This document shows positions 23,204 to 31,807 of a stretch of DNA of 32,000 nucleotides, piece by piece. Under the pieces are notes generated by a model. That model searched no databases. It worked only from the letters and a program-made list of their open reading frames with translations, and had not been told where the DNA came from. The stretch comes from Caedimonas varicaedens (GTDB taxonomy: Bacteria > Pseudomonadota > Alphaproteobacteria > Caedimonadales > Caedimonadaceae). The translations under genes and the position numbers were made by a program. The stretch's first letter is position 1. Each line of letters begins with the position of its first letter. The stretch is taken from NCBI GenBank assembly GCA_001192655.1, contig BBVC01000020.1:30001-62000 (forward strand), written 5' to 3'.

Positions 23204-24154
23204 ATGTTACAGAATAAAATACAAGCGATTGCGTCAATGCCTGAAGACAAAACTGTCTTCGGCAATATAGACGAGGTCTTTAAATTGGCTCAGTTTATAG
23301 CTAAAAGCGAATTCTTCCCTGCTTGGAAGAACAAGCCCCATGATGCGGCGGTGGCGATCCTGTTTGGTCAAAGTATTGGTCTTTCTTGGGGGCATAGCCT
23401 TCTCAATATTTCCATGATTAACGGAAGACCTACAGTGTGGGGGGATGCCATGCTGGCGTTGTGTAAAAAGTCCCCTTCGTTTGAAGATATGGACGAAGAG
23501 TATAACGAAGAAACCAAGACGGCGATCTGCCTTGTCAAAAGAAAAGGATACAAAGAACAAGTCCGTACTTTTTCTTACGAGGACGCTCAACGGGCAGGAC
23601 TGGTTAAAAAAGATAACTGGGTTAAGTATCCCAAGCGGATGCTTCAGATGCGCGCCAGAGCTTTTGCTTTACGGGATGTGTTCCCTGATATTCTGCAAGG
23701 GTTAAGTAGCGCTGAAGAAGTGATGGACTATCCTGATTCAGCGAAGCTTAAAGAGGCATCTACTTCTAATGTGGTCTCGTTCCCCATACAGGATAATTCT
23801 GTAACGGAATTACCGCAGGAATCGCCTCGTGAAGCACCAAAGGCAATCCCTTATCAACGTCCTGAATGGATTGAGGGGGGTCTGCCTGTAACGCCTCGGT
23901 TAGAAAAGAAAGAAACGACTACTGAAGTCAGCGAAGTCAAGCCTGCTTCCCTCTCTCTCCAGCAATTTGAAGAGAATCTGGCAAAGGTCAGCAAGGGAAT
24001 TTCTGTTACACCTGTTGTCAAACCCAAGACATCTGTTGATATGATGCGCGAACGCATGGAAGAGCAGAAGCGTCATCAGCAAGTAAAAGGCATGGAAGTT
24101 CTGGCACGATTGAAGCAAATGACAGCTTCTTTTCAATCTCAGGGGCAGGTGTAA
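23204..24154 (+). CDS. recT: RecT-family single-strand annealing protein
   Basis: FGQSIGLS..INGRPTVWGDAMLAL...WVKYPKRMLQMRARAFALRDVFPDILQG resembles the RecT core. Low-complexity C-terminal extension. Located next to the YqaJ exonuclease. Confidence 0.7.
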   Translation: MLQNKIQAIASMPEDKTVFGNIDEVFKLAQFIAKSEFFPAWKNKPHDAAVAILFGQSIGLSWGHSLLNISMINGRPTVWGDAMLALCKKSPSFEDMDEEYNEETKTAICLVKRKGYKEQVRTFSYEDAQRAGLVKKDNWVKYPKRMLQMRARAFALRDVFPDILQGLSSAEEVMDYPDSAKLKEASTSNVVSFPIQDNSVTELPQESPREAPKAIPYQRPEWIEGGLPVTPRLEKKETTTEVSEVKPASLSLQQFEENLAKVSKGISVTPVVKPKTSVDMMRERMEEQKRHQQVKGMEVLARLKQMTASFQSQGQV

Positions 24155-24155
24155 G

Positions 24156-24332
24156 ATGGACGTTTTAATGGTGCCCCGTGCCGAGGTTCGGCAAGTCCTC
24201 GTTGATCTGGAAACCTTCCTTGATCTGGGACTTTGGGGCTATCTCTATCAAGCCATGGCAGAGCTTGAGGAAATATTGGGTGAGGATGCCATCTCGTCAA
24301 AAAAGAACGAAAATCATGACTTTTCGACTTGA
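24156..24332 (+). CDS. small acidic hypothetical protein (58 aa), below the ORF-track length cut-off
   Basis: The ATG at 24156 lies 1 nt after the recT stop. MDVLMVPRAEVRQVLVDLETFLDLGLWGYLYQAMAELEEILGEDAISSKKNENHDFST reads more protein-like than the overlapping track ORF 24178-24360. Confidence 0.35.
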   Translation: MDVLMVPRAEVRQVLVDLETFLDLGLWGYLYQAMAELEEILGEDAISSKKNENHDFST

Positions 24333-24435
24333 CGAGGTCTTGCGAGGCATATTAACGTGATAAAAATCAAGGGGGAAGCTCCTACAAAGAAAACTTCCCT
24401 CTCAATCTCGTATCATTCTAATGGAGTAAACATCA

Positions 24436-27009
24436 ATGAATGAATCAATAATGTTTATAAAAGAAAAACTAAGCCAAAAATTTTCATTTGGCAAGCGCTT
24501 TGATAAAAAATCTGTCAAGCGCCTGATCACACACCTTGTTCTGCTGGCGTTCATCAACCAGAATCTGGCGTTTGCAACCAACGGCATCATCGAACTGGAT
24601 TTTGAAGGGTCTGAGAACCCTCAACGACTTCATACTATTATTCCCTCTTCCAAGATTCAGGATGTGAGCTATATAGAAATTGATGCCGAACAGAAACAAG
24701 CCACCCTTTATAAAAAAGGTGACGGTGAAGAAGTTCACCCGCTTGCGCCTTTTTCTCTTCCATCTGTTGCCGTTTATCAAGGAGATGTTGCTCATAACCT
24801 CTGGGGCTTGGAACAAGAGACGATCAAACTCTTTTTGCAAGCCAGTTCGGCTTGGCTTATCCCTTTAGATGAAGACGGCTATAAGCTGGAATTTAAGGGA
24901 CGACTGTTGGGGGGGATGAAGCAATCAGGAGGCAATCAAAAAAACATGATTTACCCATGTAGTAAAGCTCCAAAAACAGATACTTCCTGCTGGGTGAAAG
25001 GAGGAAATTTCTATGCTCCAGATTCTAGCTGGATTGGAAAAAATCCTGGAAACATCAGTATTATTTCTAATCCAAATTATAGCCAAACAGGTGGTGGCGG
25101 TGGCTCTAAAGGGACAAGGTCTGGAGGCTCTGGATGGCAGGGTATCTTAGGCAGGGGTTGGGCAGAAATAAAAGCGAATGGTGACAAAGCCAGAGATAGA
25201 ATGCGCCAACAGCAAGAAAATCTTAAAAAGCTGAGTACTGTTGGTCAATCTGTTGAAATTTATAAACGACCAGAGATTATTATCCCCGAAAGTCCTTTCC
25301 CGCGAGTACAAACCTATCAACCTTCTACCAAAGAACCCTTTCTAACGGGACCATCCTTGGAGGCTCAATACTCAAGACTCAGGGTGCTGTACAATATGGC
25401 CGATCGTTGGGAATGGTCGGAAATTTACGAGTATGCAAAAGTAATCGGTGTTTCCAGAGAGGAAATTAAAAAATACAATTTAACCCAAAGACATGCAAAG
25501 GGTGCAGGATTTTCTTCAGAGTATTTTAAAGAAGTAACAGAAGAGGAAGAAAGAAATGCGCTGAAAAAGGAGGAGCAGGAGGAAGAGAGAAAAGAAACAA
25601 TCAGACAATATGAACAAGAGTCATCTGAGGATGCTGCATCTTTGTTTCATCATGTTCCTTCTCAGTATGAAGTAACTCCTAAATATTTTGCACAATGCGC
25701 TTCTGATGCGGGCATGACACCTTCTCAAGCGCTTAACATTATCCTCAACCCAGACGCTGATAATTTTTATGATCGCGCTAGGCTTGCCTCTAGACAGAAA
25801 TGGCTGGGAGGTCCACAGAATACAACGGTGTTTGAACTTGAGGGGATTACCAATGCACAAGCTCATGAATATATTAAGCAAGGTTATCATGAAGGCGACA
25901 TGCCTAAGATTTCTAACAATCTCATTTCTCAAAGAGGAGCTTCTTTGTTTGAGGGCGTAACCCATGATTACTTTGTTGCACAAGCTGAAAAAGCAAAAAT
26001 GACGCCTTCTCAGGCGCTTAGAATGATCTTCAATCCTACACCTGACAACTTCTACGATCGGGTTAGGCTTGCATCACAACAGAACTGGCTAGGAGGGAAG
26101 AATGATACGACAGCGTTTGAGTTTGAAGACCTAACCAATGCACAAGCCTATCAATATATCGTTGATGGCTACAAACCTCATGATTTTCCTACATTGTCTA
26201 ACAGGCTTATCTCTCAACGAGGGGCTGCTTTATTTGATGTAGAACCTCAATATTTTAGCAGACAAGCTGAAAAAGCGGGCATGACCTCTATAGAAGCGTT
26301 AAATATCCTCATGAATCCTGCGCTTGAGAATTTCTATGATCGCGTGATGCTCGTCTCAAGAGATAATTGGTTAGGAGGACCACAGGATGGCACAGCGTTT
26401 GAGCTTGAGGAGTTGACGAATGAAGAGGCTTACCAATATCTCTCTGAAGGCTATAAACCTCATGATTTTCCTACATTATCTCATAGGCTCGTTTCTCAAC
26501 GCTTGGGCATTGAGGCAGATCAAACCTTTGACGATCAAGTGCTGGAAGATTGGGGAGTCAATGATTGGCGGGAGAATCCCCGTAATGAACTCGAAGTGCC
26601 TCAATTTATGCGAGTCGGATTGACGGACTATTTAGCTAAAAAAGCTTTTGAAAAAATAGTACGGACCTTTACCCCTAAAACTCAAGAGCTTTTGAAGGGA
26701 TTACATAGATATAAGAGAGAGCTTTTTGCGAGAGAAAAGATGCCAAAGAGCAAAACAACCCTTAAAGCTGCCGAACAGGAGCTTAAAGGTAAACAAATTC
26801 CTTTAGCTGAACAAAGAGGTAGAATTTATGACCATGTTGAAAAAGTTAAATCTTCTCAAAATGGTCTTGTACGGCTTATAAACGATATTAAAGCTCGTCT
26901 TGGCTATCCTGAGCTTCCTCAAATTGAAAGACAGGCATTAGAAAACCAACTATCTAAAACCAGTAAATTACTTGATCATACGGAAAAATTTGTACCAAGG
27001 AGTAAATGA
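24436..27009 (+). CDS. secreted 857-aa multi-domain repeat protein with a distinct C-terminal module (candidate toxin/effector)
   Basis: GGAG lies 9 nt upstream of the ATG. Basic N-region plus hydrophobic core ..LVLLAFINQNLAFA. Gly-rich linker, Glu/Lys-rich segment, 3-4 tandem ~95-aa units, and a ~165-aa helical basic C-terminus. No recognised catalytic motif. Confidence 0.85.
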   Translation: MNESIMFIKEKLSQKFSFGKRFDKKSVKRLITHLVLLAFINQNLAFATNGIIELDFEGSENPQRLHTIIPSSKIQDVSYIEIDAEQKQATLYKKGDGEEVHPLAPFSLPSVAVYQGDVAHNLWGLEQETIKLFLQASSAWLIPLDEDGYKLEFKGRLLGGMKQSGGNQKNMIYPCSKAPKTDTSCWVKGGNFYAPDSSWIGKNPGNISIISNPNYSQTGGGGGSKGTRSGGSGWQGILGRGWAEIKANGDKARDRMRQQQENLKKLSTVGQSVEIYKRPEIIIPESPFPRVQTYQPSTKEPFLTGPSLEAQYSRLRVLYNMADRWEWSEIYEYAKVIGVSREEIKKYNLTQRHAKGAGFSSEYFKEVTEEEERNALKKEEQEEERKETIRQYEQESSEDAASLFHHVPSQYEVTPKYFAQCASDAGMTPSQALNIILNPDADNFYDRARLASRQKWLGGPQNTTVFELEGITNAQAHEYIKQGYHEGDMPKISNNLISQRGASLFEGVTHDYFVAQAEKAKMTPSQALRMIFNPTPDNFYDRVRLASQQNWLGGKNDTTAFEFEDLTNAQAYQYIVDGYKPHDFPTLSNRLISQRGAALFDVEPQYFSRQAEKAGMTSIEALNILMNPALENFYDRVMLVSRDNWLGGPQDGTAFELEELTNEEAYQYLSEGYKPHDFPTLSHRLVSQRLGIEADQTFDDQVLEDWGVNDWRENPRNELEVPQFMRVGLTDYLAKKAFEKIVRTFTPKTQELLKGLHRYKRELFAREKMPKSKTTLKAAEQELKGKQIPLAEQRGRIYDHVEKVKSSQNGLVRLINDIKARLGYPELPQIERQALENQLSKTSKLLDHTEKFVPRSK
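25672..26507 (+). repeat. three tandem ~94-95-codon domain repeats inside the 857-aa ORF
   Basis: Units start at 25672, 25957 and 26239. Shared skeleton YF..QAEKAGMTPSQAL.I..NP..DNFYDR.RLAS..NWLGG...T.FE.E.LTNAQAY.YI..GYKPHDFPTLS.RL.SQR. Confidence 0.85.
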
Positions 27010-27413
27010 TGAAACTAAAGAGTGTTAAAAAAATCAGAGATGAATGGTGTGATTCTGACGATGAGAATATCTCTAAAGAGTCTTTGGAAATGCTCAAACA
27101 TCATCTGGAAGGAACTGACGTAGATAATTTGTGTGAAGCTATAAGCCTAGTAACAGATGCGCGCATTATGCAATTTGTACCTTTGATGGCAAAGCACTTA
27201 ACAAATGAATGGTCTATCGTCAGAGAGTTTACAATTGGTAAATTACTAGGATTACTCAAACTTCCTGAATATGCTGAGATTGGTTTAAAAATGGCACAAG
27301 AAGATGAGAGTAGTGGAGTGAGGTGTTTGGCGGCGACTCATTTAGGAGATGTTTTAGACAAAACACCAGAAAATTTGCGGCATATAATTGCTTCTTATAT
27401 GTACGATGTATGA
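27006..27413 (+). CDS. small HEAT/ARM-like helical-repeat protein, translationally coupled to the 857-aa ORF (candidate immunity/chaperone)
   Basis: The ATG at 27006 overlaps the upstream TGA (ATGA), with a second ATG at 27009. AAGGAG at 26997-27002. HEAT-like signature EDESSGVRCLAATHLGDVL and paired helices. Confidence 0.75.
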   Translation: MMKLKSVKKIRDEWCDSDDENISKESLEMLKHHLEGTDVDNLCEAISLVTDARIMQFVPLMAKHLTNEWSIVREFTIGKLLGLLKLPEYAEIGLKMAQEDESSGVRCLAATHLGDVLDKTPENLRHIIASYMYDV

Positions 27414-27473
27414 CTACAGATATTATGCAGACGAAGTTAAACAAGTATATTTATCAATCGGTCATGTCAGTCA

Positions 27474-27869
27474 ATGGGTATTTCTATCATTGATAGACCA
27501 ACAACTGTAGGTAATCCGGAATATAAGAAGCATATAATCCTGCTTTGCTTAGTCAATTCAAAGAGAAATATGCCTTATAATCGTAACAAGAAAAGAGCTC
27601 ACTCTATGCCCCAGCCCATCCCCCTCAAACAAAACACGATCTGGCTTCGCACATTGTGCGGTCTGATTGACGAGGGAAGTTTTATTACTTCTGTAGACTT
27701 ACAATCTCGCGGAGATACGCTGACGGTATCGCTGGTGGCACGTCAACGGGAGGGCAACAAGGCTGAAACGACTGACACGATGAAACGCCTGAAAAAGTCC
27801 TTGAATCGGTGGCAGGGAAAGGTAGAGAGGAAAGAAGAGGGAGCATTTGTAAGGTTGACAAATTATTGA
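27474..27869 (+). CDS. hypothetical protein (start uncertain; likely 27606, giving 87 aa)
   Basis: The ORF is open from 27474, but by eye the sequence looks more GC-rich from about 27600 on (no count made), where MPQPIPLKQNTIWLRTLCGLIDEG... begins. No recognised family. Confidence 0.45.
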   Translation: MGISIIDRPTTVGNPEYKKHIILLCLVNSKRNMPYNRNKKRAHSMPQPIPLKQNTIWLRTLCGLIDEGSFITSVDLQSRGDTLTVSLVARQREGNKAETTDTMKRLKKSLNRWQGKVERKEEGAFVRLTNY

Positions 27870-28100
27870 TTGGTCATTACAAAATAAAGAATATATTTAA
27901 AGAGAAAGATATGCCCATTCAATAGACTTGTTGCGTAAGTCTAAAAAGACTATCTGAGATTGGCCCAAACCAATGGTTAAAAAATCAGAAAAATGACTTA
28001 CGTAGCAGATCTAATTTGAAAAACCATATTTTATAATCTCTTCAAATACTTCGTCAAATACAAACAGGCTATCATCTTCAAGGACATTGCGTTACATAAC

Positions 28101-29102
28101 ATGAAATCTCTCAATGTAGTTTCATTATTCTCAGGAGCGGGAGGTCTTGATTTAGGCTTTAAAAAAGCGAGCTTTCATACAATATACGCTAATGAATACG
28201 ATAAAACTATATGGGCAACGTTTGAGCATAATTTTCCTAATGTAAAACTTGATAAAAGAGATATAAGGAAAATTGAAAGTATTGAAATACCTGATTGTGT
28301 TGGCATTATTGGCGGTCCTCCTTGTCAAAGCTGGAGTGAAGCAGGTTCTTTACGTGGAATTAATGATCCAAGGGGTCAACTATTTTTTGATTATATAAGA
28401 ATTATTAAAGATAAAAAACCTTTATTTTTTCTGGCTGAAAATGTATCAGGAATTTTGCATGATAGAAATAAGAAAGCATTTCAAAGCATTATAAAAAACT
28501 TTGAAGAAATTGGTTATAATGTGCAGTATAGATTACTAAATGCCAAATATTACAATGTGCCACAAGATAGAAAAAGAGTTTTTATAGTTGGCTTTTTGAA
28601 TGATATTAATTTTGAATTTCCTACATTGGATAATAAATTTAAAACTCTTAAAGATACTATATTTGATTTGAAAGATAATGCAAAAAGTTATAATGCAAAA
28701 GAGTTGGATAAGTTTAATCACGAATACTATACTGGAGGATTTTCAACTATTTTTATGTCAAGAAATCGCGTAAGAAGTTGGCATGAACAATCTTTCACAA
28801 TTCAAGCAGGAGGTAGACACGCTCCATTGCATCCACAAGCTCCCACAATGGAGTTCATAGAACAAAATAAGAGAGCATTTAACAGAGAAAAAGAGCATTT
28901 ATATAGGAGATTTTCAGTGCGTGAATGCGCTAGAATCCAAACTTTTCCTGATGATTTTCAGTTTATTTATAATAATATTTTAGATGGATATAAAATGATT
29001 GGCAATGCCGTCCCTGTAAATTTAGCTTATGCAATAGCAACTCAAATTTTAAAGTATCTGTCATTAACAATACTACCATTTTACATGCGATTAACAATAT
29101 AA
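28101..29102 (+). CDS. DNA (cytosine-5)-methyltransferase, M.HaeIII/M.NgoPII-like (probable GGCC specificity)
   Basis: Motif [13 protein letters not shown], motif [14 protein letters not shown] (LAENVSG), QDRKRVF, TRD-region [30 protein letters not shown], motif [20 protein letters not shown], motif [10 protein letters not shown]. Strong resemblance to M.HaeIII as I remember it. Confidence 0.9.
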   Translation: MKSLNVVSLFSGAGGLDLGFKKASFHTIYANEYDKTIWATFEHNFPNVKLDKRDIRKIESIEIPDCVGIIGGPPCQSWSEAGSLRGINDPRGQLFFDYIRIIKDKKPLFFLAENVSGILHDRNKKAFQSIIKNFEEIGYNVQYRLLNAKYYNVPQDRKRVFIVGFLNDINFEFPTLDNKFKTLKDTIFDLKDNAKSYNAKELDKFNHEYYTGGFSTIFMSRNRVRSWHEQSFTIQAGGRHAPLHPQAPTMEFIEQNKRAFNREKEHLYRRFSVRECARIQTFPDDFQFIYNNILDGYKMIGNAVPVNLAYAIATQILKYLSLTILPFYMRLTI

Positions 29103-29908
29103 TTAATAACAATTTATATAATCTTGATAAATATAAGAAAATTAGTTATAATATTCGCATTAATACTACTGGAGAGGCTTTAGAAAGCCTAATCAAGGAT
29201 GCTTTATGCGGTCAATTTCATTTAAATGAAAGAGAAAGAATATTATTACAAAGCAAATATTTTTCTTATACTGGTAATCAAAATAATCCTCCAGATTTAA
29301 TTATCAGAAATAGCGATGCTTTTGAAATTAAAAAAATTGAAAGCAATGAAGGTTCAATTGCTTTAAATAGCTCTTTCCCAAAAGATAAGTTGTACAGCAA
29401 TAGCAGTATGATCACACATGCTTGCAAATATTGAGGATAGCTGGAAAGCAAAAGATATATGCTATATTATAGGATGCGTTGATAAAAAACAGTCAATAAA
29501 AAGTTTATGGTTTATTTATGGAGATTGCTATTGTGCAAATTCGGGGATATACACGAAGATAAAAGAAAAATAACAAATAGCATTCAAGAATTTGGTATTG
29601 AATTAAGCGAGACAAATGAAATTGCAAAAATAAAGAAAATTGATCCTCTTGGAATAACCGATCTAAGAGTGCGAGGAATGTGGCATATAAAACATCCAAG
29701 CAAGGTGTTTCAATATATAACCACAAAACAATCAAAACCTCACATTAAAGCATTAATGCTGACAAGCAAATTTGAATCATTTGAGATGGGAATAAGAAAG
29801 CAAATAGCAACTAAATGTAATTTGCAAAATGTAAAAATACAAAATCCTAATAATCCTGCAAATTTACTTGATGCAACTTTAATTGAATATGAATTTAAAG
29901 CTAGCTAA
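29078..29908 (+). pseudogene. NgoPII/HaeIII-type restriction endonuclease pseudogene (two frameshifts, no canonical start)
   Basis: Three consecutive frame segments read as one protein: [47 protein letters not shown] (to 29434); IEDSWKAKDICYIIGCVDKK..IYTKIKEK* (29430-29573); ITNSIQEFG..IDPLGITDLRVRGMWHIK..IQNPNNPANL (to 29908). Shifts lie near 29430 and in the A5 run at 29566-29570. Confidence 0.75.
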
Positions 29909-30012
29909 TTCTATCCCTAAAAGTCAACATTTCTGCCAAACGACAAGGGGGCGTTTATTTTTGGAGAGATGCGGTATAATGACGGGTAATCAAACATAGG
30001 GGAGTCCCTCTG

Positions 30013-30171
30013 ATGAATCTTCATGACCCTGAAACCCAAACCACCTTGAGCATTATGGGCTTGTTGCTGACCTCGATGCTTGTTCTGTTGACTCTTGCGG
30101 GCTGTGCGAATATTCCTGATGGAGATGCATCATCTCTGCCATTGCCCTGTTGCAGGAAGCAGAAACTTTAA
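30013..30171 (+). CDS. short lipoprotein-like ORF (52 aa), possibly a gene fragment
   Basis: GGGGAG lies upstream of the ATG at 30013. MNLHDPETQTTLSIMGLLLTSMLVLLTLAGC has a lipobox. The ORF ends after only 21 mature residues. Confidence 0.3.
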   Translation: MNLHDPETQTTLSIMGLLLTSMLVLLTLAGCANIPDGDASSLPLPCCRKQKL

Positions 30172-30451
30172 CTCACACAGGCAATCTATTATTTGTCGAG
30201 TTCCTGTTTTGCAACATGAAATAAGTCATTTTATCAATATGTTATGCATGAGAAGGTCACTAGGAATGTCCAGAAGCTTGCGCCATACGCCCATCCTTCA
30301 AAATTGTTGTTGTCGCAGTGAGAAAGACTCAAAGCGCCAGTGGCACAAAAGATTTAGAATCAAGGAAAGAATTAATTTATCTCAATCCTTTTCATTTAAA
30401 GATTTTATCCCTGTCCATTTTAGAGACGTCAGTAACCCTTATGAAATGGAG

Positions 30452-31158
30452 TGTTAGCGCCGGAGGTAAAATGATACAGATCATCGGTTGAATTTTGATA
30501 CACCCACGCATTAACTCCTTTTCAAAGGAGTTTAGGAATAATGATTCAGTGGGAACAAACGATGGAAATAAAAATATTACGCCGACAAGGCAAGAGTCTA
30601 AGAAGGATCGCTCATGAGGTTGGTATGGCCGTGAATACAGTTCGTAAATATCTCCAACATGAAGGCAGACCTTTTTATAAGAAGAGAAAAACGGTTGAGA
30701 CTAAACTTGATCCATATAAACCTTATTTGCAAGAAAGGGTCAAACAGGCTCGCCCTTTTTGTCTTCCTGCAACGGTTTTGCTACGGGAGATACGCGATCA
30801 AGGATATAGGGGTGGCGTGACACAATTAAGGTTATATCTGAATTCTTTAACCCCTGTGGTCTGTGAGGAAGTCGTTAGATTTGAAACAGAACCAGGCGCA
30901 CAAATGCAGATGGATTGGATTGAATTTCGAAAAGGGAAAAACCCTCTATCCGCTTTTGTCGCAACCCTTGGTTATAGTCGGGTCAGCTATGTCTGCTTTG
31001 TGGAGAATGAGAAATTATCGACATTACTTCAATGCCATGAAGATGCATTTGATTATTTTGGCGGTATCCCCTCTCAAGCCCTTTATGACAATATGAAGAC
31101 TGTTATTCTGGCAAGAGATGCCTATGGTTTAGGGAAGCATCGCTATGCTGGGATGTTA
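30452..31158 (+). mobile_element. IS21-family copy C, 5' 707 bp, interrupted by IS630 at the same site as copy B
   Basis: Same left end TGTTAGCGCC. Aligns with copy A at the segments compared; the one difference seen is CGCTTTAATTCTGGG -> CGCTATGCTGGG (net -3 nt) just before the insertion point. Confidence 0.85.
30541..31158 (+). pseudogene. istA: istA pseudogene (interrupted by IS630 copy 3)
   Basis: The first 203 aa match IstA of copy A except the ..HRYAGML end, and the sequence then runs into the IS630 terminus. Confidence 0.9.
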
Positions 31159-31807
31159 TAGCTAACAACATATAAAACGGTCATATTTTATTATCCTGAA
31201 ATAATTGCTCGATAGAACACCTTTTTTTGCGTCTAATTGCTTTTGCTTGTGCCCATTTATGCTCGATGGGATTAAAGTCTGGAGAATAAGGAGGCAGATA
31301 CAGCACGATATGCCCTGCCTCAGCAATTGCTTTTTGCATCGCTTTTCCCTTATGAAAGGTGGCATTATCCAAAATAAGGACGCTTTTAGGAGGCAGTTTC
31401 GGAAGTAAATCGTCAATGATCCATTGTGTAAACACCTCGGTATTAATCGAGAAGCAGAACAAGCTCACGGTCAATAGCAGACCTTGGAATAAGGCGCCGA
31501 TGACATTCGTTCGTCCCTTTGCTCCCCAATCATGAATCCCCTCACATCTCTTTCCTTTTGGAGAATAACCATGAGTGCGTGGCATATGGTGTGCAAATCC
31601 AGATTCATCAAGAGAAATGATAGGATGCCCTGCTTCTTCATAAGCTTTCAGCTCTTGACAAAAAGTAGCACGCTTTTCTGGATCGGCCTTGGGATGTTTG
31701 AGCGTTTTTTTTATAGGTCACATTCAAGCGTTTTAAAGCGTGCCATATCCCCATAGAGCTCACACCAAGACGTTCTGCTCTCTCGTACTGATAATCATCA
31801 GTGATAA
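31159..31807 (-). mobile_element. IS630-family copy 3, truncated (649 bp) by insertion of IS21 copy D
   Basis: Same terminus TAGCTAACAAC after TA (31157-31158). Aligns with copy 1 up to about 31794; the last ~13 nt differ slightly (G->T at 31795, extra T at 31802). The IS21 left end starts at 31808. Confidence 0.85.
31181..31807 (-). pseudogene. IS630 transposase, N-terminal ~70 codons lost to the IS21 insertion
   Basis: The catalytic half (31181-31585) is intact. The HTH half is cut; track ORF 31638-31859 is a chimera reading into IS21. Confidence 0.85.

Noticed and set aside
24178-24360. 60-aa track ORF MPRFGKSSLIW...
   Set aside because: The overlapping 58-codon frame starting at 24156, directly after the recT stop, gives a more protein-like acidic sequence. 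Neither is strongly supported, and only the latter is listed, at low confidence.
24373-24399. GGGAAG...CTTCCC hairpin upstream of the 857-aa gene as a terminator
   Set aside because: It has only a 6-bp stem with a 15-nt loop and no T-tract, which is too weak to call.
30095-30457. 120-aa ORF as a real gene
   Set aside because: Its Cys/His/Arg-rich composition is odd, it has no RBS, and its stop lies inside the IS21-C terminus (a chimeric end). It is treated as non-coding or degraded DNA.
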